DNA of 64,000 nt. It comes from Minisyncoccota bacterium (GTDB taxonomy: Bacteria > Patescibacteriota > Minisyncoccia > Phycocordibacterales > UBA9973). The notes beneath the pieces are model-generated. The model was not told the DNA's origin. It ran no database searches and worked only from the letters and a program-made list of their open reading frames with translations. The stretch spans positions 543,515 through 607,514 of the forward strand of contig JBAZVG010000001.1 in assembly GCA_041661005.1 (NCBI GenBank), read 5' to 3'. The position numbers and the translations under genes are program-made. This document shows positions 18,966 to 29,217 of the stretch, piece by piece (within the stretch, counting starts at the first letter, position 1; every line of letters starts with the position of its first letter).

Positions 18966-19346
18966 CTAGTTTTTGATTCTTAACGTAAGAAAACCCCATG
19001 ATTCAAGTAATGCCCACAATATTGATATCACCCAAAAAACAATTAACGAAGAATGTACTGTGATTTCTGAAAAAAGTATATAAATTATAGTAAATCCAAA
19101 AACACCCGTAATCACATCCGTTACTTTATTCCATTTTTCTTCATGAAGACCATTGATAATTTCTATTATTTCCCATGCAAGCATGATCATGAAAGAAATA
19201 AAAAATCCAAAATAAAAATCAATGTTATAGAAATAAATAACTGCACCAAGGAGTCCACCCGCAAGGGTGTGGTTTACAGACCAGAGATCTAAGAATTTTC
19301 CATTTTTCCAAACTTTAACCGACCAGCGTTTAAAGTCCTGTTTCAT
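18966..19346 (-). CDS. Hypothetical 4-TM membrane protein
   Basis: DLWSVNH, AWEIIE, E..WNKVTDVITG with hydrophobic helices. Confidence 0.8.
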   Translation of the reverse strand: MKQDFKRWSVKVWKNGKFLDLWSVNHTLAGGLLGAVIYFYNIDFYFGFFISFMIMLAWEIIEIINGLHEEKWNKVTDVITGVFGFTIIYILFSEITVHSSLIVFWVISILWALLESWGFLTLRIKN

Positions 19347-19351
19347 TTGAG

Positions 19352-21511
19352 TTATTTCCTCGCAGCAATGATAGTCTCCGCGACATTATTAGGCACAATG
19401 TCATAGCGGAAGAATTCCATAGTGAAAGATGCTCGGCCTTCGGTCATCGAACGCAGTCCTGTCATATAACCAAACATTTCGGAAAGAGGCACTATCGCTT
19501 TGATAACTTTATTCATTCCCCTGTCTTCCATGCCCTCAATCAACGCGCGTTTTGAAGAAAGATTGCCTGTTACGTCTCCCATAAATTTGTCTGGGGTGAC
19601 AACTTCCACTTTCATCATAGGCTCGAGAATAACGGGGTTCGCCCTTTTGCAGGCATCCTGCACCGCCATGCTTGAGGCAATCTTGAAAGCCATTTCGTTC
19701 GAGTCAACTTCATGATAACTTCCATCCCAAAGCTCCACCGACACGTTGACGATTTTAAATCCAGCCAAAACTCCGCGATCCAAGCCCTCTTTGAATCCTT
19801 TTTCACAAGGCGCAATATATTCCTGTGGAATTACTCCTCCTTTAATGGTGTTCACAAACTCAAAACCCGGAGACCTCTTGGTGTTTTTCGGCAAGTCTTC
19901 CAGCTCTTCTTTTGAAAGCATTTCCATGGGCTTCACTTTGATCTTGACATGTCCGTAGTTTCCACGTCCACCAGATTGTTTGATATATTTTCCTTCAGCT
20001 TCGGCCTGACCGTTGATTGTCTCACGATATGCTACCTGCGGTTTACCCACATTCGCTTCGACAGTAAATTCGCGTTTCATTCTATCCACAATAATTTCCA
20101 AATGCAATTCTCCCATGCCGGCGATGATAGTCTCCCCCGTTTCTTGATCAGTGCTAACTTTAAAAGTAGGATCTTCTTGAGCAAGACGATTAAGAGCCAT
20201 ACCCATTTTTTCCTGGTCAGCTTTTGTTTTTGGTTCAATGCGGAGTGAGATAACTGGTTCTGGAAAAACAATCCTATCTAAGATAATTGGATTTTCTTCA
20301 TCGCAAAGAGTATCTGAAGTAATAGTGTCTTTGAGTCCAACTGCTGCCGCGATTTCTCCAGCAAAAACTTGCTTCACTTCTTCTCGGTCATTCGCATGCA
20401 TTCGAAGAATTCGGCCGATACGTTCTTTGTTGCGCGTGCGTGGATTGTAAACATAACTGCCAGCCGAAAGAGTTCCAGAGTAAACACGGAAGAAGATAAG
20501 TTGACCGACGAATGGGTCAGTCGCAACCTTGAAAGCAAGAGCCGCAAAAGGTTCTGTGTCTGAAGCGTGTCTCTCAATAGCAACATCATCATTGTTTGGA
20601 TCAATACCACTGATTGCAGCGATGTCTGTAGGAGACGGCAAGTAGTCAATAACTGCATCCAGCACAAGCTGAACACCTTTGTTTTTTAAAGCTGAACCAG
20701 CAAATACTGGAAAGATCATATTAGCAATAACAGCCTTGCGCAGAGTCTTCTTCAAAACATCGAAATTCGGAATCACCCCCTCCAAGTATTCAGTCATCAT
20801 GACATCATCCGTCTCAACTATTTTTTCAATAAGATCTGAATGATATTTTTCCGCATCAGCTTTCAAATTCTCTGGCAAAGTGTCTAAGTCTTTTTCAATA
20901 ACTTTATTTCCCATTTCTCCTTCAAAGTAATAAGCCTTCATGCGGAGAAGATCGATAACTCCCTCAAATTTATCTTCGAGGCCAATAGGAATCTGCACTC
21001 GCACAGCTTTTTTACTCAACCTGTCTAAAATTGTTGAAAAGGAATGTTCAAAAGAAGCGCCTGTTCGGTCTAATTTGTTTATAAAACAAATACGAGGAAC
21101 TTTCGCTTCGTCAGCATAGCGCCAATTAGTCTCAGATTGAGGCTCTACACCAGCCACACCGTCGAAAACAACGACAGCGCCGTCTAGAACGCGAAGAGAA
21201 CGTTTTACTTCAACCGTAAAATCAATGTGTCCAGGAGTATCAATAATATTAAAACGATTTGTCTTTGTCTTGTCAGTGGGAGCATAGGTGGGCGTCCAGA
21301 AACATGTGACAGCCGCAGAAGTAATGGTGATTCCACGCTCTCGTTCTTGCTCCATCCAGTCAGTCGTGGTCTCACCTTCATGAACTTCACCGATCTTGTG
21401 TTTTTTTCCAGTATAATAAAGCACACGTTCTGTGGTCGTCGTTTTACCCGCATCAATGTGCGCGATAATTCCAAAATTTCTAACTTTTTCTAAAGGATAG
21501 TCTCGTTCCAT
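19352..21511 (-). CDS. fusA: Elongation factor G
   Basis: [36 protein letters not shown]. Confidence 0.99.
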   Translation of the reverse strand: MERDYPLEKVRNFGIIAHIDAGKTTTTERVLYYTGKKHKIGEVHEGETTTDWMEQERERGITITSAAVTCFWTPTYAPTDKTKTNRFNIIDTPGHIDFTVEVKRSLRVLDGAVVVFDGVAGVEPQSETNWRYADEAKVPRICFINKLDRTGASFEHSFSTILDRLSKKAVRVQIPIGLEDKFEGVIDLLRMKAYYFEGEMGNKVIEKDLDTLPENLKADAEKYHSDLIEKIVETDDVMMTEYLEGVIPNFDVLKKTLRKAVIANMIFPVFAGSALKNKGVQLVLDAVIDYLPSPTDIAAISGIDPNNDDVAIERHASDTEPFAALAFKVATDPFVGQLIFFRVYSGTLSAGSYVYNPRTRNKERIGRILRMHANDREEVKQVFAGEIAAAVGLKDTITSDTLCDEENPIILDRIVFPEPVISLRIEPKTKADQEKMGMALNRLAQEDPTFKVSTDQETGETIIAGMGELHLEIIVDRMKREFTVEANVGKPQVAYRETINGQAEAEGKYIKQSGGRGNYGHVKIKVKPMEMLSKEELEDLPKNTKRSPGFEFVNTIKGGVIPQEYIAPCEKGFKEGLDRGVLAGFKIVNVSVELWDGSYHEVDSNEMAFKIASSMAVQDACKRANPVILEPMMKVEVVTPDKFMGDVTGNLSSKRALIEGMEDRGMNKVIKAIVPLSEMFGYMTGLRSMTEGRASFTMEFFRYDIVPNNVAETIIAARK

Positions 21512-21517
21512 AAATTT

Positions 21518-21988
21518 CTACCAAGCAAAGTGAGCAAAAGCTTTATTGGCTTCAGCCATTTTGTGTGTGTCTTCTTTCTTTTTGATAGCTGCGCCTTCGT
21601 TCTTAGAAGCGGCGATGAGTTCATCTGCAAGTTTCAAGTGCATTGGTTTGCCTTTGCCTCCGCGAGCCGCATCACGAATCCATCGCATAGCCAGAGCGAG
21701 CTTTCTCTCCGGTCGGACTTCGATAGGTATTTGATAGTTCGCGCCTCCGATACGCTTTGAGCGAACTTCGGTTGAAGGTCCAGCATTTTTCATCGCTAAA
21801 TCAAAAATCTCCAGCGGATTTGGATTGCCTGTCTTTTCTTTGATCATGTCAAAAGTGGCATACATCACCTTGCGAGCTGTTTCTTTTTTTCCAGACCACA
21901 TGATGTAATTAATAAACTTCTCTAGTTTTGTAGAGTTGTAGATAAAATCAGGAGCAACTATATTTCTATTTTTAACTTTTCGTCTCAT
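21518..21988 (-). CDS. rpsG: 30S ribosomal protein S7
   Basis: RIGGANYQIP, HKMAEANKAFAHF. Confidence 0.99.
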   Translation of the reverse strand: MRRKVKNRNIVAPDFIYNSTKLEKFINYIMWSGKKETARKVMYATFDMIKEKTGNPNPLEIFDLAMKNAGPSTEVRSKRIGGANYQIPIEVRPERKLALAMRWIRDAARGGKGKPMHLKLADELIAASKNEGAAIKKKEDTHKMAEANKAFAHFAW

Positions 21989-22024
21989 TTTTTTACTTTA
22001 TAACCTTATGAACTTTATAACTTT

Positions 22025-22441
22025 CTACTTACCCTTTGGTTTCTTGTTTCCATAGAGCGACCGAGCCTGTCTCCTCTTTTCCACTCCTTGTGTATCTAAA
22101 ACTCCACGCACAATATGATATCGTACTCCGATCAAATCTTTCACACGACCTCCCCGAAGCATCACCACTGAGTGTTCTTGTAAATTATGTCCTTCACCTG
22201 GGATATAGGCCGTAACTTCCATGCCGTTAGTGAGACGCACTCTCGCGATCTTTCGAAGAGCTGAGTTTGGCTTCTTTGGGGTTGTTGTCGAAACCTTGGT
22301 GCAAACACCGCGCTTGAAAGGACTAGAGAAAAAAACCGGTCTATTTTTCAAGACATTAAATCCGCGCGTCAAAGCGACCGTCTTGTCTTTCGGATGAGCC
22401 TTGACTCTATTTTTCTTTATTAGTTGATTAATTGTTGGCAT
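22025..22441 (-). CDS. rpsL: 30S ribosomal protein S12
   Basis: [30 protein letters not shown]. Confidence 0.99.
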   Translation of the reverse strand: MPTINQLIKKNRVKAHPKDKTVALTRGFNVLKNRPVFFSSPFKRGVCTKVSTTTPKKPNSALRKIARVRLTNGMEVTAYIPGEGHNLQEHSVVMLRGGRVKDLIGVRYHIVRGVLDTQGVEKRRQARSLYGNKKPKGK

Positions 22442-22518
22442 ACAAGTATGTCTTTTGTAAAATAAAAGAGTCCGAAGACTCAGCCCATAATTTACTATAA
22501 ACAACTCTAAAATGCAAG

Positions 22519-22587
22519 CCCCGTAGTGAAACTTTGCGACGCATTAACAAATGCATGCTTCGCATATCGCAAAGTTCTACTACAGGG
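22519..22587. repeat. CCCGTAGTGA...CTACTAC.GGG hairpin element (family B)
   Basis: Same ends at 50206, 56281 and 59883; supplies the stop codon of the adjacent protease gene. Confidence 0.85.
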
Positions 22588-23203
22588 CAAGACCGGTAAA
22601 TAAATGAAAAAGAAACGACAATATGGGCGCTAAATAATCAGAAAAGAAAACAATAAAAACTAGCAACAAAATCAAAGAATATTGCTCATAGGCAAAGATA
22701 AAAGAAGAAGCCTTAGCGGGTAAAAAAGAAAAAAGTATTTTAGAACCATCAAGCGGGGGGATCGGAACTAGATTAAATATACCTAAGGCTAGATTTACTA
22801 TGACAATCACCGAAGTTATAAAATAAAAACCTACTGGTAGCGCTAAACCAGAAGTGAGGCGAATGATAACTCCAAATATAATTGCAATAGAAAAGTTCGC
22901 CAGAACTCCTGCAATGGCAACCCAGAAAGTTCCCCATTTTTTATTACTCAAATTGTCTGGATTGTATGGCACCGGCTTCGCCCAACCAATTAAAAAAGGT
23001 GAATGGGATAAAACTAACAATGTTGGCAAAATAATTGAACCAAAAAGATCTAGATGTTTAAGTGGATTCAAGGTCAACCTTCCGGCAAAGCGCGCAGTCT
23101 TGTCGCCAAAATATTCCGCCATGAAACCATGAGATACTTCGTGGATCACTACAGACATGATGAGTATAGCTACATAAAAAATTGCGTTGGTGCTATTGGC
23201 CAT
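22580..23203 (-). CDS. Site-2 protease family (M50) membrane metalloprotease
   Basis: HEVSH, GRLTLNP, FNLVPIPPLDG. Confidence 0.95.
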   Translation of the reverse strand: MANSTNAIFYVAILIMSVVIHEVSHGFMAEYFGDKTARFAGRLTLNPLKHLDLFGSIILPTLLVLSHSPFLIGWAKPVPYNPDNLSNKKWGTFWVAIAGVLANFSIAIIFGVIIRLTSGLALPVGFYFITSVIVIVNLALGIFNLVPIPPLDGSKILFSFLPAKASSFIFAYEQYSLILLLVFIVFFSDYLAPILSFLFHLFTGLAL

Positions 23204-23269
23204 TTGTATATTATTCTCTTCGTTTAAGTGTTTGCATTATAATAACTTTAATGATAACATAAAAAAACC

Positions 23270-23521
23270 ATGGCGAAAATATGCGTTATAACAAAAAAGG
23301 GCTCAATTATGGGAGGTGGATACTCAAACAGAACTCGTGCCACCAAATTCAACCCGACTGGTAAAGTGCGTAAATTCTTAAATCTTCAAAAGAAGAGGAT
23401 TTTTGTTCCCGAATTAAATAAATCTATAAATATAAAAGTGTCCACTCAAGGCATGCGCACAATGAAAAAAAATGGCACTTACGCCACCCTCCTCAAAGCT
23501 GGGTTGATAACATCTAGATAG
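23270..23521 (+). CDS. rpmB: 50S ribosomal protein L28
   Basis: MAKICVITKK, RKFLNLQKKRIFVPE, IKVSTQGMRT. Confidence 0.92.
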   Translation: MAKICVITKKGSIMGGGYSNRTRATKFNPTGKVRKFLNLQKKRIFVPELNKSINIKVSTQGMRTMKKNGTYATLLKAGLITSR

Positions 23522-23635
23522 AAAACAAGAAGGAAATTTTTGCCGGTACGGATTTTTTGAAGCTTAAAAAATCCTGAAGTTTTCGGCTCGTCAGCCTCAA
23601 AACCCCTTAAAAACTTCCTTCTTATTTTCTATCTA
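23515..23635. repeat. ~120-bp cruciform element (family C), copy 1
   Basis: Core CGGTACGGATTTTTTGAAGCTTAAAAAATCCTGAAGTT...AAACCCCT shared, in reverse orientation, with 27364 and 37668. Confidence 0.9.
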
Positions 23636-23642
23636 CGGAAAT

Positions 23643-25028
23643 CTACACTGGCACGAAAGTCAGCGCTGTGCCAGCTTTGCCACTTCGGCCGGTTCGGCCG
23701 ATACGATGCACATAGGTGTCGTAAGTTTGAGGCACATCATAGTTTATAACGTGTGTAACATCTGGAATATCAAGCCCCCTAGCGGCAACATCAGTCGCAA
23801 TCAAAATATTAATTTTATCTTGTTTAAATGAATCCAAAATGCGAATACGTTCACGACTTCTTTTGTCACCATGAATTCCGCCCACTTTGAATCCCATTGT
23901 GTGTAATTCTTTGGCGAGCGTATCCACGCTATGTTTCATCTCGCGGAAAATTAAAACCTTTTGGGTCGGACCGCTTGCCCCGCCGTGGCGTGGGTCTTTT
24001 TTCAAGACTTCATGCAACTTTTCTAACTTTTCTTCTTTGGTACGCACGCGAATTACGTCTTGATCAATATTTTTCGCCGTCTCGCCAGAGACGACAGAAA
24101 TAAAAGCTGGATCTTTCAAATATTGCTCAGTCATTTTTCTAATTTCTGGAGAAAGAGTCGCTGAAAAGAAAAGGGTTTGGCGTTCCTTTGCTGTCTTCCC
24201 TATTATAAACACCATATCATCTCGGAATCCCATATCAAGCATTCTGTCAGCTTCATCTAGCACGACACTGTGGCAAGTCGACAAGTCTAAAACTTTTTTC
24301 TCAATCAAGTCTCGCAAACGTCCGGGTGTGCCGATGACAAACGAAACTCCGAGCTTTATTTCCCTAATTTGTTTCATTATCGGCAATCCACCCACACATG
24401 CGACGGAAAACATCCCAAATCCAAAAGCTAGAGTTTTAAAATCACTTTCTATCTGAAGCGCGAGTTCACGAGTCGGCGCCATTATTAAAACTGTCTCTCT
24501 TTTATTTTGTCCTTTTGTTTTAGAAATTTTCTCAATTAAGGGAAGCAAGAAAGCTGCAGTTTTTCCTGTGCCAGTATTTGCCATACCAAAGACATCTTTG
24601 CCGGCTAAAATCGTCGGTATTGCTTGATCTTGAATTGGCCTAGGATTTTCAAAACCAGCTCCTTTTATATTTTTATGAAGTTGTGGATTAAAAGGAAAAT
24701 CGAGAAATGTGTGTCGGGAAACATAAGGTTTTTCCTCCACTCGAACACCTTTTTTAATGAAACGCGAAAAATCTATCCGTTCACCACGAGATCTCTTATT
24801 GCTTGAACGTCTAAAATTGCCCCCGCCTGCAACGCTATGCGTAGCATTGCGGGCAGGTCCAAAACGAGGACGAGAATTATTAAACCTGCCTCGACTTGCG
24901 CTGGACAAGGCGGGTTTTCCACTGCTTGAGTTGTATTTTGCTTTGTGAGCAAAAGTATGACTGCTAAATTTTTTCGGGTTAGCCGAATGGCTCGCCCGTA
25001 GGGCTATGCCCGAGGGATGTTTATACAT
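23643..25028 (-). CDS. DEAD-box RNA helicase
   Basis: Q motif, TGTGKT, PTRELA, TPGRL, DEAD, SAT, ARGLD, HRIGRTGR. Confidence 0.97.
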   Translation of the reverse strand: MYKHPSGIALRASHSANPKKFSSHTFAHKAKYNSSSGKPALSSASRGRFNNSRPRFGPARNATHSVAGGGNFRRSSNKRSRGERIDFSRFIKKGVRVEEKPYVSRHTFLDFPFNPQLHKNIKGAGFENPRPIQDQAIPTILAGKDVFGMANTGTGKTAAFLLPLIEKISKTKGQNKRETVLIMAPTRELALQIESDFKTLAFGFGMFSVACVGGLPIMKQIREIKLGVSFVIGTPGRLRDLIEKKVLDLSTCHSVVLDEADRMLDMGFRDDMVFIIGKTAKERQTLFFSATLSPEIRKMTEQYLKDPAFISVVSGETAKNIDQDVIRVRTKEEKLEKLHEVLKKDPRHGGASGPTQKVLIFREMKHSVDTLAKELHTMGFKVGGIHGDKRSRERIRILDSFKQDKINILIATDVAARGLDIPDVTHVINYDVPQTYDTYVHRIGRTGRSGKAGTALTFVPV

Positions 25029-25137
25029 AATGGGTCACTCCCAAAATGTAAAAGATGAGAATGATGTTTTAAGAGTAGCATTTTATCATTAATTTGTCAA
25101 CGTTTCATTAAACTATTGGAAAAGTTACAATAAAAAT

Positions 25138-26487
25138 ATGCCAAACATAGATAATTTAAAACATAGTCAAGTACAAATCAAAGGAGGTGGAAAAGTTATT
25201 GTTTTAGATACTGGATCAGTTATTGGTCCTGAAGCTGACGCTATGCTTCAGGCGCTCCATTCCAGATCTGTCGGAGGATTGGAAAGCCATCTCAAAATAC
25301 TTTCCGAAAAAGGACCGAATAATTTTATGAAAAATTTCTATGTCGGATATGGACATAAGTCTATAGGCGACTGTGGGAGTACTTCCCTTTTTATTGAGGG
25401 AATATCAATGCTCACAGCTAAGGCAATCCAAGATTGGGCACTTTATTCAGGACAAGAATCTTCGACTAGATACATTGATTTTCAAACTCAGCCTTTTAAA
25501 AATATACTAGGTACAAAAGAAGGAGAAGATATTCTTGAATCATATAGAAAATTTTATGTCGAAGCACTTCAACCGACAAAAGAATATTTAAAATCACAAT
25601 TCCCCCTTGATGCAGGTGAAAAGGAAAATATTTATATTAAAGCAATTGATGCCAGAGCCTTTGACATATTGAGAGGATTCTTACCAGCAGGATCAGCAAC
25701 TAACGTAGCTTGGCATACAAACCTGAGACAAGCAGCAGACAAAATAATGCTTCTTCGTCATCATCCGTTAGAAGAAGTAAGAAATGTTGCAAAAGCCATA
25801 GAGGAAGCTTTGCGCATGGCATTCCCAAATTCATTCGGACATGAACGTTATGAAAATACGGAAAATTACAATAAAGAATGGATGGAAAAAGATTATTATT
25901 ACCACGATAAAAACTGTCCGGATTTCAAAATGGTTAATAACTCTATAAACACTGATTTACTGCCAAGAAAAATTTTACAAAGCAGGCCAATAAAAACTGA
26001 ATTGCCAAAATATCTGGCTGAAGCTGGAAATTTACAATTTGAATTTTTACTTGATTTCGGGTCTTTTCGTGATTTACAAAGACATCGTGCGGTAATTCAA
26101 AGAATGCCACTCCTAACTACAGAAATTGGTTTTGAAAAATGGTATCTAGGTGAACTTCCTAAAGAATTAAAAAATAAAGCGGAATTATTTCTTAAAAAAC
26201 AAGAACAAAAAGTAAATAATTTAAAAATTTCAAAGGAAGAAAAGCAGTACTACACAGCCATGGGTTATCTTACTTCAAATAGGTTAACAGGAAATATCCC
26301 CGCTTTAGTTTATTTAGCAGAACTACGAGCTACAAGATTCGTGCATCCGACATTAAGAAAAAGGGCAAAAATGATAGCTGATACATTGTCGGAACTTTTA
26401 GGCAAATTTGGATTAGTAATGCATTTAGATAAAGAAATAGATAGATTTGATATTAAGCGCGGAGAACATGATATTGTTTTAAAATGA
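25138..26487 (+). CDS. thyX: FAD-dependent thymidylate synthase, tandem-domain type
   Basis: YGHKSI, QESSTRY, FDILRGFLPA, FRDLQRHR. Confidence 0.88.
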   Translation: MPNIDNLKHSQVQIKGGGKVIVLDTGSVIGPEADAMLQALHSRSVGGLESHLKILSEKGPNNFMKNFYVGYGHKSIGDCGSTSLFIEGISMLTAKAIQDWALYSGQESSTRYIDFQTQPFKNILGTKEGEDILESYRKFYVEALQPTKEYLKSQFPLDAGEKENIYIKAIDARAFDILRGFLPAGSATNVAWHTNLRQAADKIMLLRHHPLEEVRNVAKAIEEALRMAFPNSFGHERYENTENYNKEWMEKDYYYHDKNCPDFKMVNNSINTDLLPRKILQSRPIKTELPKYLAEAGNLQFEFLLDFGSFRDLQRHRAVIQRMPLLTTEIGFEKWYLGELPKELKNKAELFLKKQEQKVNNLKISKEEKQYYTAMGYLTSNRLTGNIPALVYLAELRATRFVHPTLRKRAKMIADTLSELLGKFGLVMHLDKEIDRFDIKRGEHDIVLK

Positions 26488-26488
26488 T

Positions 26489-26821
26489 TTAGGGATCCTC
26501 GGGAGTTTTTATTCGAATAAAAATGTCTTCGCCCTCAGGTGATTTTTCTTTTCTATATTTTCTCTTCTTATTTTTTTCTATTTTGGCAATTAATTCTTTT
26601 TCCATATCAAAACCCATCGCTTCGCACATCCCAAGAATAAAAATCATTACATCCGCAAATTCCTCCGCCACACCGGGCTGATTCTTATTATGTTTAGAAA
26701 ATGCTTCAGAGAGCTCTTCATGCGCTCGACAGAATTCAAGCGCAACATTAGTTGTATTAAAACCTTTCTCCAACTTATTTCTCATTACCTCTTTTTGTAA
26801 TTCTTTTAAATTTATAGACAT
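26489..26821 (-). CDS. MazG-like NTP pyrophosphohydrolase
   Basis: EELSE...EEFADV, KIEKNKKRKY. Confidence 0.85.
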   Translation of the reverse strand: MSINLKELQKEVMRNKLEKGFNTTNVALEFCRAHEELSEAFSKHNKNQPGVAEEFADVMIFILGMCEAMGFDMEKELIAKIEKNKKRKYRKEKSPEGEDIFIRIKTPEDP

Positions 26822-26826
26822 TTTAT

Positions 26827-27333
26827 TTATTGATCTTTATATGATTCTATTTCTTTATTCACAATTTCCAATTTTACTCCCGATTTTTTAAAAACATTTT
26901 TTGACTGCTCAGTTAGATGATAATTTTTAAAAGCAACAACACGTTTAATCCCCGCATTGATAATTGTTTTCGCACAAGTATAACAAGGAACCATTTTGCA
27001 ATATAGTGTTGCCCCATCAATCACAACACCGTGCCGGGCGGCATTCGCGATAGCGTTCAATTCTGCATGAGCTGTCCTGAGACAATGACGAGAAACTGTT
27101 CCATCTTCATTCGTGAGAGTATGCATCTCATGACCCACCTCGTCACAATGAGGAAGTCCAACCGGAGAACCCACGTAGCCAGTAGCAAGAATTCTTTTAT
27201 CTTTTACCAAGATTGCGCCTGAGCGTCCACGATCACAAGTTCCACGTGAACCGACAAGTTCTATCATTTGTAAGAAATACTCGTCCCAGGATGGACGTTT
27301 GTGTTTTGTAACTTTTTCGACAGTCTTTTTCAT
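26827..27333 (-). CDS. dCMP deaminase (ComEB-like)
   Basis: RPSWDEYF, HAELNAI, PCYTC zinc motifs. Confidence 0.93.
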   Translation of the reverse strand: MKKTVEKVTKHKRPSWDEYFLQMIELVGSRGTCDRGRSGAILVKDKRILATGYVGSPVGLPHCDEVGHEMHTLTNEDGTVSRHCLRTAHAELNAIANAARHGVVIDGATLYCKMVPCYTCAKTIINAGIKRVVAFKNYHLTEQSKNVFKKSGVKLEIVNKEIESYKDQ

Positions 27334-27363
27334 ATCTCTAATATACTCCAAAAATATCAAAAA

Positions 27364-27482
27364 ACAAAATTTTTAAAATATAACTTTTGGAGGGGTTTTG
27401 AGCGCGACGGCGCGAAAACTTCAGGATTTTTTAAGCTTCAAAAAATCCGTACCGGAAAAAGTTCATATTTTAAAAATTTTGT
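27364..27482. repeat. Family C cruciform element, copy 2
   Basis: AGGGGTTTTGAG...AACTTCAGGATTTTTTAAGCTTCAAAAAATCCGTACCGG with its own self-complementary outer arms. Confidence 0.9.
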
Positions 27483-28511
27483 CTAATCTTTTTTTCCAAG
27501 CGCTTTTAACACTTTTAAATACATGGCTTCAACTATCTTTTTCTGTTTTTTACCAGTTGTAACATAGTGATCCAACCCCGGAGCGGCGTTAATCTCGATA
27601 ATATAATAACTACAATCTTTAGGATTTTGGGTTATATTTCCCTTTGTGACCATGATGTCCACCCCTGCAATACGTAGCCCCATTTTTTTTGTAAGTTCTA
27701 TGGCAATTTTCTGAAACTTTTTATGAATTACGTCAGTAACATCAACAGAATCTCCACCAGTGGACAGATTTGCGTTATCCAGTAGAAATATTTGCTGGTT
27801 TTTTTTGAGGATACTTTTAAAACTTAAAGTTTGTCTTGCCAATTTGTTTTTAATTCTTTCGTCAGAAAAATTTATTTTTGTATCTCGCTTATCAAAAATA
27901 AAATTCCTTTGTTTTTGTTTCAAAAGTGAAAGTACCGAACTTTTTCCATCTCCAGTAACAGAAAGTGGTATTCGTTCATAAGCAGAAATTATTTTTTCAT
28001 CGAGAACCACGATGCGATAATCGAGCCCCGGTAAATATCGCTCAATAATCGCTATTTTATCTGTCTTGAAAATTTCCAGCAGTACTCGCTTCAACTCTTT
28101 ATCATTCCAAACAAGAGCCACACCGGAACCTTGGCTCTGGCTATTTGGCTTTGCTATAACTGGATATCCTAAATGTTTCGCATATTTTATCCCTGACAAA
28201 ATTGTGCGATTGCTTTTTATGGCTTTAGCCCAGGAATCTTTAAAAAAAGTCCGTCCTTTCGCTACCGGATACCCGAGCTTTTTCATGAAAAATTTGGCGT
28301 AATCTTTATCTTTAGCAATATCCGCTGAAGCGACATGATTCAAGTCCAAAGAATAAAAACGCAATGACCTAGTGATGCCATTTGGATAAATTATTTGAGC
28401 TACGACTCCCCATTCCGGCTCGATCACAATCTTTGCGCCAATTTTCGGCGCAAGTTTTTTTAGAAGATTAGTCAAATACGGAAAAGATGGTTTTTTATTT
28501 CTTTTTTTCAT
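27483..28511 (-). CDS. ATP-grasp ligase related to the cyanophycin synthetase/GshB ATP-grasp domain
   Basis: AKDK, GYPVIAKP, DYRIVV, ANLSTGGDSVDVTD, AGVDI, IIEINAAPGL. Confidence 0.88.
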   Translation of the reverse strand: MKKRNKKPSFPYLTNLLKKLAPKIGAKIVIEPEWGVVAQIIYPNGITRSLRFYSLDLNHVASADIAKDKDYAKFFMKKLGYPVAKGRTFFKDSWAKAIKSNRTILSGIKYAKHLGYPVIAKPNSQSQGSGVALVWNDKELKRVLLEIFKTDKIAIIERYLPGLDYRIVVLDEKIISAYERIPLSVTGDGKSSVLSLLKQKQRNFIFDKRDTKINFSDERIKNKLARQTLSFKSILKKNQQIFLLDNANLSTGGDSVDVTDVIHKKFQKIAIELTKKMGLRIAGVDIMVTKGNITQNPKDCSYYIIEINAAPGLDHYVTTGKKQKKIVEAMYLKVLKALGKKD

Positions 28512-29217
28512 CTTTTATGATTTTTAAATTGGAAAAAAGCGGGGCATAAATATCTTTACTTGGATTAATGACAAGCTCTCCTCGTTTTATCTTATTAGTA
28601 AAAGTCACTGGCGCATTAGAAATGACCGCGAGGGGTTGCTTTTCTTTTCCCTCACCCATGCAAAGCACCGCAGATGTGGCCAAGCTATCTGCGATATCAG
28701 TCTTAGACATTTTCAAAACCCTGCCAAAAATATCTTTAGCGCCTACATAGTTTCGAATACCCTCAAATCCAGCGTAACTCAACGCCACACCCACAACCCC
28801 TGCGCGAAGTGGCATAAGTCTTGAGTCTGTTATTAAAACTCCTAGATTTTTTAAGTGAAAATGTCGCATTAATTTTCGACGTAAAACCTCTGCGCTTTTA
28901 AAACTATTTTTAGGCAAAAGAATTAGCTTCCCATCGGCATTAGACTCATCAATGCCAGCATTCGCCATCACTATGCCATTTTTAATGGAAAGCCAGACAA
29001 GTTTAGTCTTTAAGGCAAAATCACTTTCTTGTTTTATTAGAGCGACTTTTTGCTTTTCATTTTTATAGTCTACAGTCCTTCCCTCGGCAAGCGCAACAAT
29101 TTTAGAAGTCACGACTAAAACAGATTTCTCAGGAATTTTTTTAACGTATTTTAAAATAAATTGGAGCAAGTTTTCGTCTTTCCGAAATATTCTAGTTTTG
29201 ATTGCTTTGATTTGCAT
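28495..29217 (-). CDS. CofE-family gamma-glutamyl ligase-like protein
   Basis: VVTSKIVALAEG, ANAGIDESN, ITDSR, DIFGR, GEGKEKQP. Confidence 0.88.
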   Translation of the reverse strand: MQIKAIKTRIFRKDENLLQFILKYVKKIPEKSVLVVTSKIVALAEGRTVDYKNEKQKVALIKQESDFALKTKLVWLSIKNGIVMANAGIDESNADGKLILLPKNSFKSAEVLRRKLMRHFHLKNLGVLITDSRLMPLRAGVVGVALSYAGFEGIRNYVGAKDIFGRVLKMSKTDIADSLATSAVLCMGEGKEKQPLAVISNAPVTFTNKIKRGELVINPSKDIYAPLFSNLKIIKDEKKK

